64,000 bases of DNA, taken from assembly GCF_009914755.1 (NCBI RefSeq), contig NC_060933.1, one strand, 5' to 3'. The translations under genes and the position numbers were made by a program. The notes under the pieces are model-generated. The model saw only the letters and a list, made by a program, of their open reading frames with translations, was not told where the DNA came from and did no database searches. Source of the DNA: the human T2T-CHM13v2.0 reference genome, Homo sapiens. Below, one piece after another: positions 55,101 to 64,000 of the stretch (positions are counted from its first letter, which is position 1; every line of letters starts with the position of its first letter).

Positions 55101-58100
55101 TTCTATTCGGGTTAATTTCATTCCATTCCATTCCATTCCCTTCCATTCCATTCCATTCCATTCCATTCCATTGAAATCGAGTTGATTCCATTGCATTCCA
55201 TTCCATTCCATTCCATTCCATTCCATTCTATTCGGGTTAATTCCATTCCATTCCATTCCATTCCATTCCCTTCTATTCCATTCCATTCCATTCCATTCCA
55301 TTCTATTAGGGTTAATTCCATTCCATTCCATTCCATTCCATTCCATTCCATTCCATTCCACTCCATTCCATGCCATTCCACTCGGGTTTATTCCATTCCT
55401 TTCCATTCCATTTGGGTTGAATCCATTCCATTCCATTCCATTCCATTCCATTCCATTCCATTCCATGCCATTTGCACTCGGGTTGATTCCATTCCTTTCC
55501 ATTCCATTCGAATTGAACCCATTCCATTCCATTCCATTCCATTCCATTCCATTCCATTCCATTCAATTGCTCACGGGTTCATTCCATTCCATTCCATTCC
55601 ATTCCATTCCATTCCATTCCATTCCATTCAATTGCTCACGGGTTCATTCCATTCCATTCCATTCCATTCCATTCCATTCCATTTCGTTCCATTCCATTCT
55701 ACTCCGTACCATTCCATTCCATTCCATTCCCTTCCATGCCATTTCACTCGGGTTTATTCCATTCCTTTCCATTCCATTCGGGTTGAATCCATTCCATTCC
55801 ATTCCATTCCATTCCATTCCATTCCATTGCGCTCGGGTTGATTCCATTCCATTCTATGCCATTCCATTTCATTCCATTCCATTCCATTCCATTCAATTCC
55901 ATTCCATTCCATTCCATTCCTTTCCTTTCAATTCCATTCCATTACATTCGGATTGATTCTTTTTAATTCCCTTACACTCCATTCCATTCCATTCCATTCG
56001 GGTACTTTCCATTCCATTCCATTCCATTCCACTGCATTCTATTGCACTCGCGTTGATTGATTCCATTCCATTGCATTCCATTCCATTCCATTCCATTCCA
56101 TTCCATACCATTCCATTCCATTCTGTTCAGGTTAATTCCATTCCATTCCGTTCCCTTCCATTCCATTCCATTCCATTCCATCCCATTGCAATCGAGGTGA
56201 TTCCATTGCATTCCATTCCATTCCATTCCATTGCACTCCATTCCATTCCATTCCCCTGCACTCAGATTGATTCCATTCCATTCCTTTCCATTCCATTCCT
56301 TTCCATTCGTTTCCATTCCATTCTATTTGCGTTAATTCCGTTCCATTCCATTCCATTACATTCCTTTGCAATCGAGTTGATTCCATTCCATTCCGTTCCA
56401 TTCCATTCCATTCCATTCCATTCCATGCCATTCCACTCGGGTTGATTCCATTCCTTTCCATACCATTCGAGTTGAATCCATTCCATTCCATTCCATTCCA
56501 TTCGATTCCATTCCATTGCTCACGTGTTCATTCCATTCCATTCCATTCCATTTCGTTCCATTCCATTCTCTTCCGTAGTATTCCATTCCATTCCATTCCA
56601 ATCCATTCCATGCCATTCCACTCGGGTTTATTCCATTCCTTTCCATTCCATTCGGGTTGAATTCATTCCATTCCATTCCATTCCATTCCATTCAATTCCA
56701 TTACATTGCACTCGGGTTGATTCCATTCCATTCCATTCCATTTCAATCCATTCCCTTCCATTCCATTTCATTCCATTCCATTCCATTCCATTCCATTCCA
56801 TTCCATTCCTTTCCATTCCATTCCATGCCATTCCACTCGGTTTGATTCCATTCCTTTCCATTCCATTCTAGTTGAACCCATTCCATTCCATTCCATTCCA
56901 TTCCATTCCATTCCATTCCATTCCATTGCACACGGGTTCATTCCATTCCATTCCATTCCATTCCATTCCATTCCATTCCATTTCGTTCCATTCCATTCTA
57001 TTCCTTACCATTCCATTCCATTCCATTCCCTTCCATGCCATTTCACTCGGGTTTATTCCATTCCTTTCCATTCCATTCGGGTTGAATCCATTCCATTCCA
57101 TTCCATTCTATTTCATTGAACTCAGGTTGATTCCATTCCATTCCATGCCATTCCATTTCATTCCATTCCACTCCATTCCATTCCATTCCATTCCATTCCG
57201 TTCCCTTCCATTCCATTACATTCGGATTGATTCTTTTTAATTCCCTTACACTCCATTACATTCCTTTCCATTCGGGTACTTTCCATTCCATTCCATTCCA
57301 TTCCACTGCATTCTATTGCACTCGGGTTGATTGATTCCATTCCATTGCATTCCATTCCATTCCATTCCCCTGCACTCGGGTTGATCCCATTCCATTGCAT
57401 TCCATTCCATTCCATTCCATTCCATTCCGTTCCATTCCATTCCATTCCATTCTCTTCAGCTTAATTCCATTCCATTCCATTCCCTTCCTTTCCGTTCCAT
57501 TCCATTCCATTCCATTCTGTTCAGGTTAATTCCATTCCATTCCATTCCCTTCCATTCCATTCCATTCCATTCCATCCCATTGCAATCTAGTTGATTCCAT
57601 TGCATTCCATTCCATTCCATTCCATTCCATTGCATTCCATTCCATTCCATTCTCCTGCACTCAGATTGATTCCATTCCATCCCATTCCATTCCATTCCGT
57701 TCCATTCCATTCCATTCCATTCTATTCGCGTTAATTCCATTCCATTCCATTCCATTACATTCCATTGCAATCGAGTTGATTCCATTCCATTCCGTTCCAT
57801 TCCATTCCATTCCATTCCATTTCATTCCATTCCATTCTATTCTGTACCATTCCATTCCATTCCATTCCATTCCATTCCATTCCATGCCATTCCACTCGGG
57901 TTGATTCCATTGCTTTCCATTCCATTTGGGTTGGATCCAATCCATTCCATTCCATTCCATTCCATTCCATTCCATTCCATTTCATTCCATTCCATTCCAT
58001 TCCATTCCATTGCACTAGGTTTGATTCCATTCCACTGCATTCCATTCCATTCCATTCCGTTCCATTCCATTCCATTACATTCGGATTGATTGTATTCAAT

Positions 58101-58420
58101 TCCCTTACACTCCATTACATTCCATTCCATTCGGGTTGTTTCCATTCCATTACATTCCATTCCACTCCATTCCATTGCACTCAGGTTGATTCCATTCCAT
58201 TCCATTCCATTCCATTCCATTACTTTCCATTCCATTCTATTCCGTACCATTCCATTCCATTCCATTCCATTCCATTCCATGCGATTCCACTCAGGTTTAT
58301 TCCATTCCTTTCCATTCCATTCGGGTTGAATCCATTCCATTCCATTCCATTCCATTCCATTCCATTCCTTTGCACTCGGGTTGATTCCATTCCATTCCCT
58401 GCCATTCCATTTCATTCCAT
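52200..58420 (+). repeat. Older ~1.2-kb direct duplication at ~5.04-kb spacing (~52200-53400 vs ~57230-58420)
   Basis: ORF offsets 52623/57661 and 52863/57901 (5038). Shared GGGTTGGATCCAATCC, GCACTCAGATTG, CCCTGCCATTCC and CGGGTACTTTCC. Several substitutions separate the copies. Confidence 0.75.
54110..54400 (+). repeat. 145-bp local tandem duplication
   Basis: CGAGTTGAACAAATTCC and TTGCTCACGGGTTCA each occur twice, 145 bp apart (ORFs 54142/54287). Confidence 0.85.
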
Positions 58421-59333
58421 TCCATTCCATTCCATTCCATTCCATTCCATTCCATTCCACTGCATTCTATTGCACTCGGGTTGATTGATTCCATTCCATT
58501 GCATTCCATTCCATTCCATTCCATTCCATTCCATTCTGTTCAGGTTAATTCCATTCCATTCCATTCCCTTCCATTCCATTCCATTCCATTCCATCCCATT
58601 GCAATCGAGGTGATTCCATTGCATTCCATTCCATTCCATTCCATTGCATTCCATTCCATTGCATTCCCCTGCACTCAGATTGATTCCATTCCATTTCTTT
58701 CCATTCCATTACGTTCCATTCCTTTCCATTCCATTCTATTTGCGTTAATTCCGTTCCATTCCATTCCATTACATTCCTTTGCAATCGAGTAGATTCCATT
58801 CCATTCCGTTCCATTCCATTCCATTCCATTCCATGCCATTCCACTCGGGTTGATTCCATTCCTTTCCATTCCATTCGAGTTGAATCCATTCCATTCCATT
58901 CTATTCCATTCGATTCCATTCAATTGCTCACGTGTTCATTCCATTCCATTCCATTGCATTCCATTCCATTCCATTTCGTTCCATTCCATTCTCTTCCGTA
59001 GTATTCCATTCCATTCCATTCCACTCCATTCCATGCCATTCCACTCGGGTTTATTCCATTCCTTTCCATTCCATTCGGGTTGAATTCATTCCATTGCATT
59101 CCATTCCATTCCATTCAATTCCATTACATTGCACTCGGGTTGATTCCATTCCATTCCATTCCATTTCAATCCATTCCCTTCCATTCCATTTCATTCCCTT
59201 GCTTTCCATTCCATTCCATTCCATTCCATTCCATGCCATTCCACTCGGGTTGATTCCATTCCTTTCCATTCCATTCTAGTTGAACCCATTCCATTCCATT
59301 CCATTCCATTCCATTCCATTCCATTGCACACGG
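56030..59333 (+). repeat. ~0.9-kb direct duplication at ~2.41-kb spacing (~56030-56935 vs ~58455-59333); second copy cut by the inversion
   Basis: ORF offsets 56442/58850, 56524/58932 and 56872/59280 (2408). Shared CTCTTCCGTAGTATTCC, CTATTTGCGTTAATTCCG and GCTCACGTGTTC. Confidence 0.82.
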
Positions 59334-59360
59334 AATGGAATGGAATGGAAACAACCCGAA
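59321..59360. other. Satellite strand-inversion breakpoint (junction at 59331-59333)
   Basis: Sequence reads CCATTGCACAC-GG-AATGGAATGGAATGGAAACAACCCG. The un-inverted paralog at 56923-56940 reads CCATTGCACACGG-GTTCA, so left homology ends at 59333. The right-arm GGAAT run starts at 59332 (59331 if CGGAA is counted). Confidence 0.95.
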
Positions 59361-62300
59361 TGGAATGGAATGTATTGGAGTGTAAGGGAATTGAATACAA
59401 TCAATCCGAATGTAATGGAATGGAATGGAACGGAATGGAATGGAATGGAATGCAGCGGAATGGAATCAAACCTAGGGCAATGGAATGAAATGGAATGGAA
59501 TGGAATGGAATGGAATGGATTGGATTCAACCCAAATGGAATGGAAAGCAATGGAATCAACCCGAGTGGAATGGCATGGAATGGAATGGAATGGAATGGAA
59601 TGGAATGGAATGGAATGGTACAGAATAGAATGGAATGGAACGAAATGGAATGGAATGGAATGGAATGGAACGGAATGGAATGGAATCAACTCGATTGCAA
59701 TGGAATGTAATGGAATGGAATGGAATGGAATTAACGCGAATAGAATGGAATGGAATGTAATGGAACGGAATGGAATGGAATGGGATGGAATGGAATCAAT
59801 CTGAGTGCAGGGGAATGGAATGGAATGGAATGCAATGGAATGGAATGGAATGGAATGGAATGCAATGGATTCAACTAGATTGCAATGGGATGGAATGGAA
59901 TGGAATGGAATGGAATGGAATGGAATGGAATTAACCTGAACAGAATGGAATGGAATGGAATGGAACGGAATGGAATGGAATGCAATGGAATGGGATCAAC
60001 CCGAGTGCAGGGGAATGGAATGGAATGGAATGCAATCTAATGGAATCAATCAACCCGAGTGCAATAGAATGCAGTGGAATGGAATGGAATAGAATGGAAA
60101 GTACCCGAATGGAATGGAATGTAATGGAGTTTAAGGGAATTAAAAAGAATCAATCCGAATGTAATGGAATGGAATTGAAAGGAAAGGAATGGAAAGGAAT
60201 GGAATGGAATGGAACGGAATGAAATGGAATGGCATAGAATGGAATGGAATCAACCCGAGCGCAATGGAATGGAATGGAATGGAATGGAATGGATTCAACC
60301 CGAATGGAATGGAAAGGAATGGAATAAACCCGAGTGAAATGGCATGGAAGGGAATGGAATGGAATGGAATGGTACGGAGTAGAATGGAATGGAACGAAAT
60401 GGAATGGAATGGAATGGAATGAACCCGTGAGCAATGGAATGGAATGGAATGGAATGGAATGGAAGGGAATGGAATGGGTTCAATTCGAATGGAATGGAAA
60501 GGAATGGAATCAACCCGAGTGCAATGGCATGGAATGGAATGGAATGGAATGGAATGGAATGGACTCAACCCGAATGGAATGGAAAGGAATGGAATAATCC
60601 CGAGTGGAATGGCATGGAATGGAGTGGAATGGAATGGAATGGAATGGAATGGAATGGAATGGAATGGAATTAACCCTAATAGAATGGAATGGAATGGAAT
60701 GGAATGGAATGGAATGGAATGGAATGGAAGGGAATGGAATGGAATGGAATGGAATGGAATTAACACGAATAGAATGGAATGGAATGGAATGGAATGGAAT
60801 GGAATGGAATGGAATGGAATCAACTCGATTTCAATGGAATGGAATGGAATGGAATGGAATGGAATGGAAGGGAAGGGAATGGAATGAAATTAACCCGAAT
60901 AGAATGGAATGGAATGGAATGGAATGGAATGGAATGGAATGGAATGGAATGGAATAGAATGGAATCCAACCGAGTGCAGTGGAATGGAATGGAAAGGAAT
61001 GCAATGGAATGGAATCATACGGAATGGAATGGAATGGAATGGAATGGAATGAAATGGAATGGAATGCAATGGAATGGAATGGAATCAACCCGATTGCAAT
61101 GGAATGGAGTCGAATGGAATGGAATGGAATGGAAACAACCCGAATGGAATGGAATGTAATGGAGAGTAAGGGAATTGAATAGAATCAATACGAATGTAAT
61201 GGAATAGAATGGAACGGAATGGAATGCAATGGAATGGAATGGAATGCAATGGAATGGGATCAACCCGAGTGAAATGGAATGGAATCGAAAGGAATGGAAT
61301 GGAATGGAATGGTTTCAACCCGAATGGAATGGAAAGGAATGGAATCAACCCGAGTGGAATGGAATGGAATGGAATGGAATGGAATGGAATGGGTTCAACT
61401 CGAATGGAATGGAAAAGAATGGAATCAACCCGAGTGGAAAGGCATGGAATGGAATGGAATGGAATGGAATGGAATGGAATGGATTCAACCCGAATGGAAT
61501 GGAAGGGAATGGAATAAACCCGAGTGGAATGGCATGGAATGGAGTGGAATGGAATTGAATGGAAGGGAATGGTACGGAATAGAATGGAATGGAACGAAAT
61601 GGAATGGAATGGAATGGAATGGAATGGAATGGAATGGAATGAACCCGTGTGCAATTGAATGGAATCGAATGGAATGGAATGCAATGGAATGGATTCAACT
61701 AGAATGGAATGGAAAGGAATGGAATCAACCCGAGTGGAATGGCATGGCATGGAATGGAATGGAATGGAATGGAAAGGAATGGTACGGAATAGAATGGAAT
61801 GGAAGGAAATGGAATGGAATGGAATGGAATGGAAAGGAATGGAATGGAATAGAATGGAATCCACCCGATTGCAGGGGAATGGAATGGAATGGAATGGAAT
61901 GGAATGGAATGGAATGGAATGGATTCAACCCGAATGGAATGGAAAGGAATGGAATAAACCCGAGTGGATTGGCATGGAATGGAATGGAATGGAATGGAAT
62001 GGTAGGGAATAGAATGGAATGGAACGAAATGGAATGGAATGGAATGGAATGGAATGGAATGGAATGGAATGGAATGGAATGGAATCAACCTGAGTGCAAT
62101 GGAATGGAGTGGAAGGGAATGTAATGGAACGAAAACAACACGAATGGAATGGAATGTAATGGAGTGTAAGGGAATTGAATACAATCAATCCGAATGTAAT
62201 GGAATGGAATGGAACGGAATGGAATGGAATGCAATGGAATGGAATGGAATGGAATGAAATGGAACGGCAGGGAATGGAATGGAATCAACCCGAGTGCAAT

Positions 62301-64000
62301 GGAATGGAATGGAATGGAATGGAATGGAATGGAATGGATTCAACCCGAATGGAATGGAAAGGAATGGAATAAACCCGAGTGGAATGGCATGGAATGGAAA
62401 GGAATGGAGTGGAATGGAATGGTACGGAATAGAATGGAATGGAACGAAATGGAATGGAATGGAATGGAATGGAATGGAATGGAATGGAATGGAATCAACC
62501 TGAGTGCAATGGAATGGAATGGAATGGAATGGAATGGAATGGAAACAACCCGAATGGAATGGAATGTAAAGGAGTGTAAGGAATTGAATACAATCAATCC
62601 GAATGTAATGGAATGGAATGGAACAGAATGGAATGGAATGGAATGCAGTGGAATGGAATCAAACCTAGTGCAATGGAATGGAATGGAATGGAATGGAATG
62701 GAATGGATTGGATTCAACCCAAATGGAATGGAAAGCAATAGAATCAACCCGAGTGGAATGGCATGGAATGGAATGGAATGGAATGGAATGGAATGGAATG
62801 GTACGGAATAGAATGGAATGGAAAGAAATGGAATGGAATGGAATGGAATGTAACGGAATGGAATGGAATCAAATCGATTGCAATGGAATGTAATGGAATG
62901 GAATGGAATTAACGCGAATATAATGGAATGGAATGGAATGGAACGGAATGGAATGGAATGGGATGGAATGGAATCAATCTGAGTGCAGGGGAATGGAATG
63001 GAATGGAATGCAATGGAATGGAATCTAATGGAATGGAATGCAATGGAATGGAATGGAATGGAATGGAATGCAATGGAATCAACTCGATTGCAATTGGATG
63101 GAAAGGAATGGAACGGAATGGAATGGAAGGGAATGGAATGGAATGGAATTAACCTGAACAGAATGGAATGGAATGGAATGGAACGGAATGGAATGGAATG
63201 GAATGGAATGGAATCAACCCGATTGCAATGGAATGGAGTGGAATGGAATGGAATGGAATGGAAACAACCCGAATGGAATGGAATGTAATGGAGTGTAAGG
63301 GAATTGAATAGAATCAATCCGAATGTAATGGAATGGAATGGAATCGAAAGGAATGGAATGGAATGGAATGGTTTTAACCCGAATGGAATGGAAAGGAATG
63401 GAATCATCCCGAGTGGAATGGAATGGAATGGAATGGAATGGAATGGAATGGAATGGAATGGAATTAACCCGTGTGCAATGGAATGGAATCGAATGGAATG
63501 GAATGGAATGGAATGGATTCAAGTCGAATGGAATGGAAAGGAATGGAATCAACCCGAGTGGAATGGCATGGAATGGAATGGAATGAAATGGAATGGAATG
63601 GAATGGAATGGTACGGAATAGAACGGAATGAAACGAAATGGAATGGAATGGAATGGAATGGAAAGGAATGGAATGGAATCAACCCGAGTGCAGGGGAATG
63701 GAATGGAATGGAAGGCAATGGAATGCAATCATCCAGAATTGAATGGAATGGAATGGAATGGAATGGAATCAACTCGATTGCAATGGAATGTAATGGAATG
63801 GAATGGAATGGTATTAACCCTAATAGAATGGAATGGAATGGAATGGAAGGGAATGGAATGGAATGGAATGGAATGGAATTAACCGGAATAGAATGCAATG
63901 GAATGGAATGGAATGGAATGGAATGGAATGGAATGGAATGAAATGGAATCAACTCGATTTCAATGGAATGGAATGGAATGCAATGGAATGGAATGGAATG
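59332..64000 (-). repeat. HSat3 array in inverted orientation ((GAATG)n on +)
   Basis: From 59332 the + strand reads GGAATGGAAT... with CAACCCGAGT, CAACTCGATTGC and TTAACCCGAAT, the reverse complements of the left-hand motifs. The ORF track switches to MEWNG on + and HSIPF on -. Confidence 0.97.

Larger units (their letters stand above)
1..59333 (+). repeat. Human Satellite III (HSat3) array, C-rich (CATTC)n strand on +
   Basis: Continuous CATTC pentamers with recurrent in-phase decamer interruptions ACTCGGGTTG, ACTCGCGTTG, ACTCGTGTTG, AATCGAGTTG, ATTCGGGTTA and ATTCGGATTG. ACTCGGGTTG/CAACCCGAGT is the classic Sat III motif. HSat2-type CATTCGATTC is sparse, and no 171-bp alpha-satellite monomers are seen. 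Confidence 0.97.

Noticed and set aside
59318-59345. HSE or perfect palindrome created by the inversion junction
   Set aside because: ATTGC and GGAAT are separated by 4 nt (ACAC), which is out of the nGAAn register. Rare variants are not mirror-symmetric about the junction.
59166-59804. Chimeric ORFs crossing the junction (HSIPF switching to MEWNG)
   Set aside because: They are a simple consequence of the inversion, useful only as a breakpoint marker.
20-63952. Hundreds of 60-355 aa ORFs in all six frames
   Set aside because: (CATTC)3 and (GAATG)3 translate to HSIPF and MEWNG in every frame without stops. The ORFs overlap everywhere, have no domains, and end only at satellite variants.
1-64000. 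CRISPR-like pattern of recurring motifs separated by 30-60 bp stretches
   Set aside because: The intervening stretches are the pentamer repeat itself, not unique spacers, and there is no leader or cas gene.
1-64000. Alpha satellite/CENP-B boxes, HSat2, or telomeric repeat
   Set aside because: No 171-bp monomer, CENP-B box or TTAGGG arrays were seen. CATTCGATTC is too sparse for HSat2.
1-64000. Embedded Alu, L1, LTR or other mobile element
   Set aside because: No non-satellite tract longer than ~40 bp, poly(A) tail or target-site duplication was found.

Overview
The whole 64 kb is pericentromeric human/hominid Satellite III (HSat3): (CATTC)n/(GAATG)n, interrupted by the diagnostic decamer ACTCGGGTTG (CAACCCGAGT on the other strand) and its relatives. 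I see no protein-coding genes, RNA genes, transposons, CRISPR arrays or unique sequence. All listed ORFs (HSIPF/MEWNG repeats) are artefacts of a stop-free pentamer. The informative signal is higher-order structure, read by eye from rare variants and ORF-track offsets. (1) There is a clean strand inversion at 59331-59333 with 2-3 bp overlap and no insert; the right arm is a roughly collinear, diverged mirror of ~52.5-58.2 kb. (2) There are young tandem duplications with periods of ~1072, 3953, 3081-3086 and 5993-5998 bp, including an unequal-crossover point that maps to 39945-39989. (3) Two interleaved variant 'dialects' (sub-arrays) are present. (4) About 28 copies of ATTCC-GGAAG-ATTCC, a perfect three-unit heat-shock element, occur in only one dialect. 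A chr9q12-type origin is plausible but cannot be proven from the sequence. Domain and duplication boundaries are approximate, and counts are manual.
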